The notes: generated by a model from the sequence alone, not told the origin. A stretch of DNA of 55,910 bases from an uncultured Gemmatimonadaceae bacterium (GCA_964348385.1 CAYGCN010000004.1:1-55910), one strand, 5' to 3'; counted from the stretch's first letter, positions 1 to 9,104 are shown. A program made the numbers and translations.

Positions 1-813
1 CGTAGACAGCCAGGCGATGGCGCCGGTGGTGTCGACTCGGTTGAAGACCATGACCGCGAGGTGACGGGCGTCCGGAGACCACGACATCGGGTAGAACACC
101 GAGTCGATGTTGCTTAACAGTGTGCGGGGAGTGGTGCCGTCCAGACCCACGACCCGCAGCTCGATCACCGAGTCCCGCGCGATGTCCCAGCTATAGGCCG
201 CGCTCCTGCCGTCCGGCGAGACGGAAACGTTGATGGCAAACTGCTCCGGCGGGGCCCAACTGCCCTCGTGAGTCAGTCGCCGGTGCTCGCCCGTGGGGAG
301 GTCCCACAGGGCGACGTCGCCCGTCTCATAATCCACATACGCAAACCGCCGGCCGTCCGGTGTGGGGCTGCCGTCCACGAACCCTGGGTCCGCCTGCAGC
401 CGACGCAGCACGAGCCCCGACGGCTCGGCGTCACCCAGTGCGACGCCCGCTGGAGGCGCCCCGCCGATGGCAAGCCGCTGGAGCCTCGTCAGCCGCGAAC
501 GTGCCTCCGCCGCCATCTCCGTCTGGTCGGCATACTCCTGCACCACACGTCGGTAGGCGCGCTGCGCATCTTCGTTGCCGAGCTTCTCGTGGCAGCGGCC
601 CATCTGCATGAGCGCTTTGGCTGCCAGCGCGCGATCCTGGGGGAACTCCTTCGCGATCCGCTCGTAGATCGCGATCGCCCCCCGCAAGTCGCCGTCCGCC
701 CGCTCCTTGACCAAGGCTTGCTGAAATAGGTCGTGGCCGGTCTGCGCGGTCAGCGGCGCTGGCGAAAGCAGCACCAGCGAGGCACAGAGGGCCACGCGAC
801 GTATGTGTTTCAT
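1..813 (-). CDS. TPR + PD40/TolB-like beta-propeller secreted protein, N-terminal part only (gene continues past the left edge)
   Basis: Not in the ORF track because no stop lies in the window. Reverse-complement translation from ATG 813..811 gives MKHIRRVALCASLVLLSPAPLTAQTGHDLFQQALVKERADGDLRGAIAIYERIAKEFPQDRALAAKALMQMGRCHEKLGNEDAQRAYRRVV (signal peptide + TPR-like helices). It stays open for all 271 codons to base 1, ending ...FYPMSWSPDARHLAVMVFNRVDTTGAIAWLST. Same architecture as CDS 3857..6034. Confidence 0.75.
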   Translation of the reverse strand, partial: MKHIRRVALCASLVLLSPAPLTAQTGHDLFQQALVKERADGDLRGAIAIYERIAKEFPQDRALAAKALMQMGRCHEKLGNEDAQRAYRRVVQEYADQTEMAAEARSRLTRLQRLAIGGAPPAGVALGDAEPSGLVLRRLQADPGFVDGSPTPDGRRFAYVDYETGDVALWDLPTGEHRRLTHEGSWAPPEQFAINVSVSPDGRSAAYSWDIARDSVIELRVVGLDGTTPRTLLSNIDSVFYPMSWSPDARHLAVMVFNRVDTTGAIAWLST

Positions 814-924
814 CATTGCCTCCCACATGTCGGTGTGCGAATCCGTTGTGTCACCGCCGCACCGCTTCGGTGTCCGGGTCCTGCACCATTTCGGTGGCAG
901 ACGGTCATTTGCTGGTCACGGTAT

Positions 925-1034
925 TGTCATGGGAACGACGGGATGGACAGGAGCGACGGGAACGACGGGAAGGACGGGAGGGTGCCCCCAGCTCCCGTCG
1001 GTCCCGTCGCTCCCGCCGCTCCCGCCGCTCCCGC
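925..1034. repeat. 9-nt-periodic palindromic intergenic element, copy E1
   Basis: Left flank TGTCATGG. G-rich arm 931-982 = GGGAACGAC GGGATGGAC AGGAGCGAC GGGAACGAC GGGAAGGAC GGGAGG. Loop 983-991. C-rich arm 992-1034 = CTCCCGTCG GTCCCGTCG CTCCCGCCG x3, largely complementary to the G arm. Ends 5 nt from the stop of the minus-strand RR gene (1040). Confidence 0.8.
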
Positions 1035-1039
1035 CATCC

Positions 1040-1720
1040 TCACGGCACGAACTTGTATCCCACGCCGTGCACCGTAATCAGATGCCGCGGCTCCGCCGGC
1101 GTCGCCTCCAGCTTCGCTCTGAGTGCCAGCACGTGATTGTCCACGGTGCGGGTCGTCGGATAGTTCTTGTAGTCCCAGACCTCCTCCAGCAGCTCGTCGC
1201 GCCGGACTACCTCGCCGGGTCTGGCCGCCAGATACTGGAGCAAACCGAACTCCTTGCGCGTCATCTCGACGTTGCGCCCGCCCTTCCGCGCCTCGTAGCG
1301 CCGGAAGTCCACGACGACATCGTCGAAACGCAGTGCGTCCGGCAGCGCCTTGGGCGGATGGGCGCGCCGCACGATCGCCCGCACGCGAGCCAGCAGCTCG
1401 CGCACGGAAAACGGCTTGGTGACGTAGTCATCGGCACCCAGGTCGAGGCCGAGCACGCGATCGGCCTCCTCGCCGCGCGCGGTGAGCATGAGGATCGGGG
1501 TCGTGTTCCCTTCTCCGCGAAGCTTGCGACAGACCTCGTACCCACTCATGCGCGGCAACATGAGGTCGAGGATCACGAGATCCGGCTTCTGCTCGTGGAT
1601 CAGTCGGTAGCCGGTCTCCCCATCCGCGGCCGTCAGCACCTCGTACGACTCGGCCAGCAGGTTGTCCTTGAGACCACGCAGGATCGCGGGAGCGTCTTCC
1701 ACAATCAGTACCCGCGTCAC
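1040..1720 (-). CDS. OmpR/PhoB-family response regulator (RR1)
   Basis: 226-aa ORF. Receiver motifs (VLIVEDA, DLVILDLMLP, LMLTARG, KPF) plus a C-terminal winged helix (TRKEFGLLQYL..., VHGVGYKF). The start overlaps the stop of the upstream kinase gene by 4 nt. Confidence 0.93.
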   Translation of the reverse strand: MTRVLIVEDAPAILRGLKDNLLAESYEVLTAADGETGYRLIHEQKPDLVILDLMLPRMSGYEVCRKLRGEGNTTPILMLTARGEEADRVLGLDLGADDYVTKPFSVRELLARVRAIVRRAHPPKALPDALRFDDVVVDFRRYEARKGGRNVEMTRKEFGLLQYLAARPGEVVRRDELLEEVWDYKNYPTTRTVDNHVLALRAKLEATPAEPRHLITVHGVGYKFVP

Positions 1721-3687
1721 GCCGCACCCTCCCCTAGCGGCAGATGGATGGCGAAGGTGCTGCCCTCCCCGGGAGCGCTCTGTACCGTCACCCTCCCATG
1801 ATGTCCCTCAGCAATGTGCCCAACGAGCGTGAGGCCCAGACCGGTCCCCGGAATCCCGTCGTTGTCCCTCGTGGGCACCCGGTAGAACTGACCGAAGATC
1901 TTCGACTGCTCCTCCGGAGCGATTCCGACGCCACGGTCCACGACCTCGATCACCGCCTGGCCATCCGCGCGTGTGAGCCGCAGGTCGACCACGCGGCTTT
2001 CGCCCGAGTACTTCATCGCGTTCGCGAGGAGGTTGAGGATCGCCTGCTCGATGGCGTCACGATCCACGTTCACCGGCGGAAGGCCATCCTGGACATCGAC
2101 GTTCAGCGTGAACTGCTGCTGCTCCAGCGGATACCGCATGGCCCGCGCCGATGCGGTGACGACTTCCGCAAGATCGGTTTGGGTCCGCCGGTATTCCTTT
2201 TTCCCGCGCTCGATCTTCGAGAAGTCCAGGACGTTGTTGAGCAACCTCGTGAGCCGTTCGCTCTCGTTGACGATCGTCTCCAAATACTCGGCCTGCGTCT
2301 CGGGATCCGGCGACCGCCCCAGCTGCAGCGTCTCGGCGAACATGCGGATGGCCGTGAGCGGCGTCTTGAGCTCGGGCGACACGGCCGAGACGAAGCGGGA
2401 GCGTAGCTCGGCGACGCGCAGCTCGCGACGCACGTCGCGGGACACGAAGTACGCGCCGAAGAGCGTCACGCTCAACACCAACAGCAGCGCCACGAAGTAG
2501 AACCAGCGTCGTACGTCCCAATCGGCGCCATCGGCCTCGACCGCTGAGGGGAAGCGCACCACGAGTCCGGGGAAGGCGGCGCCAAGCGGCTCACCGTGCT
2601 CCCCGTCCGACGCAACGGCAAGATCAGCGGCAAACCCGCTCATCTCCTTGTCCGCACCCTCGACCATGGTGAACAGGCTGTCGCCCGCGACCGCAAGGAC
2701 GACGTCACCCTCCCCTCCGAGTGGTGCAGCCAGGCCAACGAGCCACGCGGGGGCGCCATACGCCACCCATGCCGCCTCGGTGTTGTGCATTCGCACCCCG
2801 CCGACCGCCAGCCCTAATCGTGGGAAGTCCCGTTGCAGGGCGAGCAGCTGCTCAGCACAGGCCAGCCGCACCGACACCGCCGCTGCAAGGGCACCTACCG
2901 TGTCGGCCCCGACCGAGTCGATCGGTGACTCCGGTGACTGGAGCTTCTCCGCCAGATCCCGCAACAGGTAGAGCGCCGCCGGCGGGAGCCAACCGGGATC
3001 CTCAAGCGTGCGTCGCATGCGCTCAATCACGGCGTCGCGTTGCGCATGCGCTTCGAGGAGCTTGGAGGCTGCGTAAAGCACGACCGGCACGCCGTACTCG
3101 TCCACAACAGTAGAGTCCGACGCCAGAACCGTCTGGAGATCGCGGAGCGCTGCCGTGCGATGCCCGGCCGCCAGCCGCGCGCGTCCGCGCAGGAACCGCG
3201 CATACGCGCGCTGCGCCGGATCGCGGGCTGCAGCGAGCGCACGGGTATAGAGATCGACAGCCTCGCCCAATTGCCCTGAGCCGATCTCCGCTCGCTCGCC
3301 CTGGCTCACGAGCCCTGCGAACTCCCTCTGGTCCAGCAGTCGGCGGAATCGCGCCGGTCGCGGGTCATCGTCCCACGGTAGGATCAGGTGCCCCTCAGCA
3401 ACTCTCGCGACCAGGACGACGGCGGGATGCCTGTAGTCTCGAGATGCCCACGGCTGCTCGTTGCCGAGAAGTGCGGAGGCTTCGTCGAGGGCGATGCGGT
3501 CGAGCCGCGCCGAGAGTTCCTGTCGCAATTGCGTCGTGATGCTGCGACGCTGGTCGGCCAGGCGCTTCTCGTCGAGCTCCCGCTCCTGCGAGACCATGCG
3601 TAGCCCGAGCACCACCAGCACCACGCACGGAAGGATGATGGCAAGGAGGAAGAGCAGGACCTGCCGTCGATGCCCGTCAGCAGCCAT
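1717..3687 (-). CDS. Sensor histidine kinase-like protein (HK1) with degenerate H-box
   Basis: 656-aa ORF: TM, about 370-aa extracytoplasmic helical/TPR-like region, TM, dimerisation helix, then intact HATPase_c boxes (NLLANAMKY, DRGVGI, FGQFYR, GTGLGL). The H-box reads SPELKTPL instead of SHELxTPL (Pro codon CCC at 2374..2376). Confidence 0.9.
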   Translation of the reverse strand: MAADGHRRQVLLFLLAIILPCVVLVVLGLRMVSQERELDEKRLADQRRSITTQLRQELSARLDRIALDEASALLGNEQPWASRDYRHPAVVLVARVAEGHLILPWDDDPRPARFRRLLDQREFAGLVSQGERAEIGSGQLGEAVDLYTRALAAARDPAQRAYARFLRGRARLAAGHRTAALRDLQTVLASDSTVVDEYGVPVVLYAASKLLEAHAQRDAVIERMRRTLEDPGWLPPAALYLLRDLAEKLQSPESPIDSVGADTVGALAAAVSVRLACAEQLLALQRDFPRLGLAVGGVRMHNTEAAWVAYGAPAWLVGLAAPLGGEGDVVLAVAGDSLFTMVEGADKEMSGFAADLAVASDGEHGEPLGAAFPGLVVRFPSAVEADGADWDVRRWFYFVALLLVLSVTLFGAYFVSRDVRRELRVAELRSRFVSAVSPELKTPLTAIRMFAETLQLGRSPDPETQAEYLETIVNESERLTRLLNNVLDFSKIERGKKEYRRTQTDLAEVVTASARAMRYPLEQQQFTLNVDVQDGLPPVNVDRDAIEQAILNLLANAMKYSGESRVVDLRLTRADGQAVIEVVDRGVGIAPEEQSKIFGQFYRVPTRDNDGIPGTGLGLTLVGHIAEGHHGRVTVQSAPGEGSTFAIHLPLGEGAA

Positions 3688-3740
3688 GGCCCGGACCGAG
3701 CTCGGTGTAGCTACAGTCTAATAGTGGGCGCCGGGGGAGT

Positions 3741-3846
3741 TGTCATGCAAATGTCATGGAAGGACGGGAACGACGGGAATGGCGGGAGGCAGTGACCGTC
3801 CCGTCCCTCCCGTCATTCCCGTCGTTCCCATCGCTCCCATCGCTCA
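3741..3846. repeat. 9-nt-periodic palindromic intergenic element, copy E2
   Basis: Flank TGTCATG(CAAATGTCATGG). G arm GGAAGGACGGGAACGACGGGAATGGCGGGAGG (3758-3789). Loop CAGTGAC. C arm CGTCCCGTCCCTCCCGTCATTCCCGTCGTTCCCATCGCTCCCATCGCTC. GGGAACGACGGGAATGGCGGGAGG pairs with the C arm with 1 mismatch. Lies between the propeller stop (3857) and the HK1 start (3687). Confidence 0.8.
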
Positions 3847-3856
3847 CCGCATCCGG

Positions 3857-6034
3857 CTACCGCTCGGGAAGGAAGTCGCTAATCAACCAGAACTCGGTTT
3901 CGCTTGGTTTCGCCGCAGCAAAGGCAATCCGTTCCCCGTCCGGCGACCAGGCAACCGAGAAGTACCCGAAGTCGTCCGACAGGCCGGTCTCGAGTTCTGT
4001 CCGCTCCCCACTGGACAGATGGTCTATCCAGATCTTCCCGCCCAACGGCACGTCCACGATCCTGGTGCCGTCGGGCGACCAGTCTAGGTCCGAAAAGAAT
4101 GGGAAGCGACTGCCAGCCGTAACGAGGACCTCTGATGGGCCGCCCTGGACTGGCACAACCTTGATGGTATTGCCGGAGAAGTACGCGATCCTGGTGCCGT
4201 CGGGCGAGAACGCGATGTGGGCCACGGCCACGCTATCGGCGTTGGAGGTGAGCTGCCTGATCTCGCCCCCGGAGGACGGGATCAGTTGGATGTTCCCTCC
4301 GTCATAGTTGAGTTCCTCCTCCAGCCGGAGAAACGCGATCCACCGGCCGTCCGGCGACCACCGAGGGTAGCAATCGAACACGGGCTCCACCGTGAGTTGC
4401 GTCAGTGTCGAGCCATCCAACCCAGCTCTCCAGATGCCAAGCTCCTCCGCTGAGGGACGGCGATTCCTGGGCCAGTACCCTCCCGAGAACACGACATCCC
4501 TGCCGTCCGGCGAGATATCCAGACTGACGCCGGCGCGAATGCTGTCCACATCCCACGCTAGTGGCACGCCGGTGACCTCGCCACCAACCGCTGGAATCGA
4601 CCCAACCACGTAAGCCGACGGTTGCGGGTCGTGGTTCAGCCAATCGAAGTAGAGGCGGTCGCCGGCTGGCGACCACACCACGTGGTCCGGACTTCCGTGT
4701 TCCGGCGTGACGCGCACGGCCTTGCCTCCGGACGCCGGTACGGTGTAGGCGGCGCCAAGATCGAGGGGCGTGGTCAAGAACACCCCGAGCTCATCGTCGG
4801 GCGTCCAGCCAGCCAGAACGTTCCAGCTCGTGTTGGGAAGCGCGATCTTGATCAGAGAGGAGCCGGAATCGGTTGAGTTCACGGGGATGACCCACAACTC
4901 CTGGCTGGCATCGTTCAACCCGGGCGCGTAGTGGGTCGCGATGAAATCTCCGTCGGGCACCCAGACAGGGGCCCTGAGCCTGCCGCTGTCGGTGCTGATG
5001 ACTCCCACCGGCTCCCCCCCGGACGACGGCACCAGCCAAAGGTCGCTCTTGAAGTGACCCTCCCCTCTACGACGGCTCACAAACGCTATCCTCTCGCCAT
5101 CGGGAGAGAACGCCGGAAGGAGCCCCTCCGTGCTGGTGAGTTGCCGTGACCCTCCCTCCGACACCGGCGTCGTATAGATGAATCGCTTCTGCTCATTGTC
5201 CGGAACATCTTCCGGATCCTTCCCCAGCGCAGAGAACGCCAATGTTCCGCCATCGGGGGAAAGACTCAGCCGCTGACCCGACCAGTGCCACCCCCGTGGT
5301 GGCATGTGGATCACTCGAGGTTCGCCTCCGCCAACCGGAACGACATAGACGATATCCGAATCGCCGACGCTTCGTGTCCACGAGGGATCTGGACCGTTGA
5401 CCGCGATCCACTGGCCATTTCCAGACCACGCCAGGACCCCCCCGCCCCAGACGCTATCCACGCCAGCGATACGCACGGGCTCTCCAGCAATTGTCGCATC
5501 TACGTTTCCGTGGAGCGGTACCACCCACAGACCGCCGTCGGAGACGAACGCAAGCCTGCTCCCGTCTGGTGAGAGCACTCCGTGGTCCGGCTTGCTCGCA
5601 ATCTCGATCTTCGTGAACGTCGGCGCACGGGTTAGTTCTGCCAATTCCTGGGTGAGACTCGCCAACCGTTCTCGCGCCGCTGCAACCACGTCGCGCTGCT
5701 CCGGGTACCCATCGATCACGCGCCGGTACGCCTGCCGCGCCTCGGTGAGGCCCAGCTTCTCGAGGCACAGGCCAATGTGGAGCTGTGCTTCGGCTGCGAC
5801 CTCGCGGATGGACGAGTGGCTCTCGATCAATTCGCGATACAGCTGGAGCGCGCGCTCGAGATCCCCTTCCACCTGCTCGACGTGCAGCGCCTGTTCCAGA
5901 AGTACTTCCGGGCGCCGCTCCTGCGCCGTCAGGGACGCCGCGGCACCCACGGCGATGACGGCCAGTACCGTGAGCACACTGCTGATTCGCTTGTACCGCA
6001 TGCTGCTACCCTCGGAGAAGATTCTCACGGCCAA
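3857..6034 (-). CDS. TPR + PD40/TolB-like beta-propeller secreted protein
   Basis: 725-aa ORF. The more likely start is ATG 6001, giving the signal peptide MRYKRISSVLTVLAVIAVGAAASLTAQ with GAGGG 7 nt upstream. N-terminal TPR-like region (GDLERALQLYRELIE...), then many PD40-type repeats (SPDGSRLAFVSDG, SPDGGTLAF, SPDGERIAFVS, SPDGRDVVF, SPDGRWIAF, SPDGTRIAY, SPDGERIAF). Confidence 0.87.
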   Translation of the reverse strand: MAVRIFSEGSSMRYKRISSVLTVLAVIAVGAAASLTAQERRPEVLLEQALHVEQVEGDLERALQLYRELIESHSSIREVAAEAQLHIGLCLEKLGLTEARQAYRRVIDGYPEQRDVVAAARERLASLTQELAELTRAPTFTKIEIASKPDHGVLSPDGSRLAFVSDGGLWVVPLHGNVDATIAGEPVRIAGVDSVWGGGVLAWSGNGQWIAVNGPDPSWTRSVGDSDIVYVVPVGGGEPRVIHMPPRGWHWSGQRLSLSPDGGTLAFSALGKDPEDVPDNEQKRFIYTTPVSEGGSRQLTSTEGLLPAFSPDGERIAFVSRRRGEGHFKSDLWLVPSSGGEPVGVISTDSGRLRAPVWVPDGDFIATHYAPGLNDASQELWVIPVNSTDSGSSLIKIALPNTSWNVLAGWTPDDELGVFLTTPLDLGAAYTVPASGGKAVRVTPEHGSPDHVVWSPAGDRLYFDWLNHDPQPSAYVVGSIPAVGGEVTGVPLAWDVDSIRAGVSLDISPDGRDVVFSGGYWPRNRRPSAEELGIWRAGLDGSTLTQLTVEPVFDCYPRWSPDGRWIAFLRLEEELNYDGGNIQLIPSSGGEIRQLTSNADSVAVAHIAFSPDGTRIAYFSGNTIKVVPVQGGPSEVLVTAGSRFPFFSDLDWSPDGTRIVDVPLGGKIWIDHLSSGERTELETGLSDDFGYFSVAWSPDGERIAFAAAKPSETEFWLISDFLPER

Positions 6035-6127
6035 GCTAGGGTCCTGAAGATCGCTGCGGATCGCGCCACGGTATCGAGCCCGCGAAGCCTCCGTTCAGGT
6101 TGTGTCGAGGGATCCTGACACTTCCGT

Positions 6128-6802
6128 TCACCCGTCGAACCGATAGCCCACACCGCGGACTCCTACGATGAAGACCGGAGCCGCCGGATCCGGCTCGACC
6201 TTCTGCCGCAGGTTGGCCACGTGGGTGTCGACCACCCGCGGCGTGATGGCCGTCCCTTCCCCCCACACCTGATCCGTGATCGCCTGCCGACTCAGCGCAC
6301 GGCCGCGGTTGCGCACGAAGGCGGCGAGCAGCTTGAGCTCTGTTGGCGTTATATGCACGATCTGACCGTTCTTCTGCAGCTCAAACCGCACGAAATCCAC
6401 CTCGACATCTCCGAACCGATAGACGTCGGGCGAGTCGCTCACCGTGCGCCGCAGCACCGCCTTGATGCGCGCACGCAGCTCCGCGGGGCTAAACGGCTTG
6501 GTGACGTAGTCGTCGGCGCCGACCTCCAGGCCGAGGACCTTCTCTGCGTCGTGTGTCTTTGCCGTGAGCATGATGATCGGGATCTTGGAGCCACCGCGCC
6601 GCAACTCGCGGCACACCTCAAAGCCGTCCTTGCGCGGGAGCATGACGTCGAGCAGCACGAGATCGAAGGCCCCCTCGCGTGCCCGTGTCGTTCCCGATTC
6701 CCCGTCCTTGGCGATCTCGACCTCGTAGCCTTCCAGCGTCAAATCGTCTTCCAATCCCAACGCAATCGCCGGATCGTCTTCCACCACCAGGATGCGTGCC
6801 AT
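6128..6802 (-). CDS. OmpR/PhoB-family response regulator (RR2)
   Basis: 224-aa ORF. Receiver (ILVVEDDP, DLVLLDVMLP, IMLTAK, KPF) + winged helix (TPTELKLLAAF..., VRGVGYRF). Starts 3 nt after the HK2 stop. Confidence 0.93.
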   Translation of the reverse strand: MARILVVEDDPAIALGLEDDLTLEGYEVEIAKDGESGTTRAREGAFDLVLLDVMLPRKDGFEVCRELRRGGSKIPIIMLTAKTHDAEKVLGLEVGADDYVTKPFSPAELRARIKAVLRRTVSDSPDVYRFGDVEVDFVRFELQKNGQIVHITPTELKLLAAFVRNRGRALSRQAITDQVWGEGTAITPRVVDTHVANLRQKVEPDPAAPVFIVGVRGVGYRFDG

Positions 6803-6805
6803 CGG

Positions 6806-8800
6806 TCACTCCTCCACCGGGAGCAGAATCGTGAACGTGCTCCCCTGCCCCACTTCGCTCTCGACACGGACCTCTCCGCTGTGAGCCTCGACGATGTGCT
6901 TGACCATCGCGAGACCGATGCCGGTCCCTTTTGCGCCACGTCCATCGGAGGAGGTGCCCCGCACGAACTTCCGGAAGATCGCGTCCCGCTGCGCTGGCGG
7001 GATGCCGATGCCCTGGTCGCGCACAGTGATCACCACGAGGCCATCAGCCTGTGACACGTGCACCCAGACCCTCTGCCGATCCGGCGAGTACTTGACGGCG
7101 TTGTCCAGCAGGTTCCACACGGCGCGGCCCAGCGCCTCGGAGTCGGCTCGCACCGGTGGCGTCGGTCCATCTACGGTCAACTCGACGTGACACCCACCTT
7201 CTGCCCGCTCGGCTTGGAACTCCGCGACCACATCCCGCACCACATCACTCGGCGCGACACGTTCCCACTTGAACTCCATCGCGCCCGCCTCCATCCGACC
7301 GAAGTCCAGCAGCCCCTCCACAAGGCGGTGCAGCCGGCCGCTTTCTCGCTCCATTACGGTGTAGTACCGCCCGCGTCGCTCGTCGGAGGTCACGCGGCCG
7401 CTCGCCAGCAACTCTGCAAGCTGCTTCAGTGACGTGAGCGGTGTACGGAACTCGTGCGAGACCGCGGCGACGAAGTCCGACTGCAACCGCGCCACCTCCA
7501 GCTCGCGACCAACGCCGCGCAAGACGGCGTATAGCCCCACCGCGACGAGTACCGCGAGCGTGGCCAGTCCGAGCAACATGATGCGACGGCGCTCAGCGAG
7601 TTGAGCGAAGTCGGCCAGCGGATCGGCGCTGGCGACGTCCAGGTTCCACGGCAGGCGGGTGTCCGCCATGGTGCGTGTAATCACCAGATTCTGCGGGGAC
7701 CCGACCGGCGCGGTGAGGTGGTTGACGTTCATGTCGGAGAACGCAAGCCTGACGTTCTGCTGCTGCACCGTCGGCTCGAGCCCCTCGATCCAGTCTTCTG
7801 TGAGATGCGTCGATCCACCCACGAGCGCCATCGTGCGGTCGGCGGCGTGCTGCCACACCACGAGGACGGGTCGCCCGTTGAGCCACGTCACGTCTCGACC
7901 GTCATCGCGGGCGGTCCTTCGCCGATCCCACAGCCATTCCGCACCGGCCGCAAGCGCCTCTCGCGCGGCAATCGACGCGGCATCGGCGCCTCGCTCACAG
8001 TCAGACCACCGACACACGTCCGCGGCGTGAAACTCGTACTGCGCGCGCGTGAGACACCAGGGACCCCGGAGTAGATCTTCATACAGCGCTCCCGCTTCCT
8101 CGGAGAGCGCATCCGTTCGGCCCAACTGCTCCAGAACGGATAGCCGCGCATGTCGCGCCACCAATTCCGCCGGCAAGCCTCCGACCGTGGCGGAGCCGAG
8201 CGCGGTGAGGTCGTCGTAAGCGGCGAGGGCAGCGTCGAAGCGGGCAGCCTTGCGCTCGGTGCGGGCCAGCCGCAGCAGCGCCTCGGCTCGGATGGCGGAA
8301 TCGCCGGACTGCGCAACACGGCGATACACGCCGGCCGCGCCGGGAAGATCGCGACGGCGGAACTCGAGCACCTCGCCCTGCGCGAAGGCACTCACGTCGG
8401 GCTTCACAGCGGGTGTCGCGACAGGATGGTAGACGAGGCGACCGCTCGGGTATGGAGTCACCTTGTCGCCCGTGAGCACGAGCACGACCGCGTCATGCGA
8501 GAACCGGCCGGCGAGGCGTGCAGCGGAGTCTGGGAGTTCCGATGCTCGGAGGCTGGCGACCCGCGCGAGCGCGTCCTCGATGTCACCCAGCCTGCGAGTG
8601 AGCGCAGCCGCAGCGATGTCGGCCGCATGCTCCAGCCGAACCTGTACACGTTGCTGCTCCAACGCTCGGTCCTGCTGGAACAGTCTCCATCCCAGCCAAG
8701 CCAGGGCGACCATCAGGATGAGCGCGATCCCGAAGAACAGGACCACTAGATGCCGCGGTGGTCGGAACCACGCGCTCAGTGGCATCGCGCCTCCCAGCAC
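6806..8800 (-). CDS. Sensor histidine kinase (HK2), paralogue of HK1
   Basis: 664-aa ORF with the same layout as HK1 (TM, about 370-aa extracytoplasmic helical domain, TM). Canonical H-box SHEFRTPL. N box NLLDNAVKYS, G1 DQGIGI, G2 GTGIGL. GTG 8800 is preceded by GGGGAGG. An alternative ATG at 8785 is also preceded by GGGAGG. Confidence 0.9.
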   Translation of the reverse strand: MLGGAMPLSAWFRPPRHLVVLFFGIALILMVALAWLGWRLFQQDRALEQQRVQVRLEHAADIAAAALTRRLGDIEDALARVASLRASELPDSAARLAGRFSHDAVVLVLTGDKVTPYPSGRLVYHPVATPAVKPDVSAFAQGEVLEFRRRDLPGAAGVYRRVAQSGDSAIRAEALLRLARTERKAARFDAALAAYDDLTALGSATVGGLPAELVARHARLSVLEQLGRTDALSEEAGALYEDLLRGPWCLTRAQYEFHAADVCRWSDCERGADAASIAAREALAAGAEWLWDRRRTARDDGRDVTWLNGRPVLVVWQHAADRTMALVGGSTHLTEDWIEGLEPTVQQQNVRLAFSDMNVNHLTAPVGSPQNLVITRTMADTRLPWNLDVASADPLADFAQLAERRRIMLLGLATLAVLVAVGLYAVLRGVGRELEVARLQSDFVAAVSHEFRTPLTSLKQLAELLASGRVTSDERRGRYYTVMERESGRLHRLVEGLLDFGRMEAGAMEFKWERVAPSDVVRDVVAEFQAERAEGGCHVELTVDGPTPPVRADSEALGRAVWNLLDNAVKYSPDRQRVWVHVSQADGLVVITVRDQGIGIPPAQRDAIFRKFVRGTSSDGRGAKGTGIGLAMVKHIVEAHSGEVRVESEVGQGSTFTILLPVEE

Positions 8801-8885
8801 TGCACCTCCCCACTAGTATCGGGCACCACGAGTCCGGGCGCCAGACACTGATATGGTAACAGAGTTGAGTGCAGCCTGGGCCGAA

Positions 8886-9023
8886 GCACGGCCAAGCGTG
8901 CGTCAAGAAATAGCAGAGAGTCTGTCAGAGATCCCGGACATCAATCGGCACGCGGCACATTCGGGAGGGGCGAGACAGGTTGGAGCGACGAGAACGACGG
9001 GAGCGACAGGAGGGACAGGATGG
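8886..9023. repeat. Repeat copy E3: conserved 84-nt head (8886-8969) + degenerate G-rich 9-mer arm (8963-9023), no C-rich partner arm
   Basis: The head GCACGGCCAAGCGTGCGTCAAGAAATAGCAGAGAGTCTGTCAGAGATCCCGGACATCAATCGGCACGCGGCACATTCGGGAGGG matches 17466-17548 with 4 substitutions and 1 indel. It is followed by GGGAGGGGCGAGACAGG TTGGAGCGAC GAGAACGAC GGGAGCGAC AGGAGGGAC AGG. Lies between the propeller stop (9105) and the HK2 start (8800). Confidence 0.8.
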
Positions 9024-9104
9024 TGCGATCCGGCGCAGCAGCACAGCCTTTTCGAGAGCTCGTGTCCAGATTCAGTGGTACACTGGGTCGTGCCAGCCCT
9101 CAGC

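Noticed and set aside
876-883. Shared octamers GGGTCCTG (876-883, 6039-6046; variant GGGATCCTG 6109-6117) and GTTGTGTC (845-852, 6099-6106) upstream of the two TPR/propeller genes, as possible OmpR-type binding sites.
   Set aside because: The spacing and order are not conserved between the two loci. Matches of this length between two roughly 100-200-bp GC-rich regions are expected by chance.
925-1034. Could the short tandem arrays be a CRISPR array?
   Set aside because: The units are 9 nt, directly abutting, with no spacers. The two halves are mutually complementary. There are no cas genes in the window.
803-1801. Collagen-like Gly-X-Thr triplets (GTTGWTGATGTTGRTGG), ERRERRE-type runs and PSLPSFPS runs in several track ORFs at 930-1035, 3755-3850, 8960-9025 and 17540-17640.
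   Set aside because: They are a translation artefact of the 9-nt-periodic intergenic repeat. The host ORFs are antisense to response-regulator and kinase genes, or span intergenic DNA.
8903-8941. Conserved 12-codon micro-ORF (MSGISDRLSAIS) in both copies of the 84-nt head; second copy at 17483..17521/17524.
   Set aside because: Not called as a CDS. It has no Shine-Dalgarno sequence. Conservation is equally explained by the DNA repeat itself, and a single synonymous difference is not evidence of selection. It is mentioned under findings only as a curiosity.
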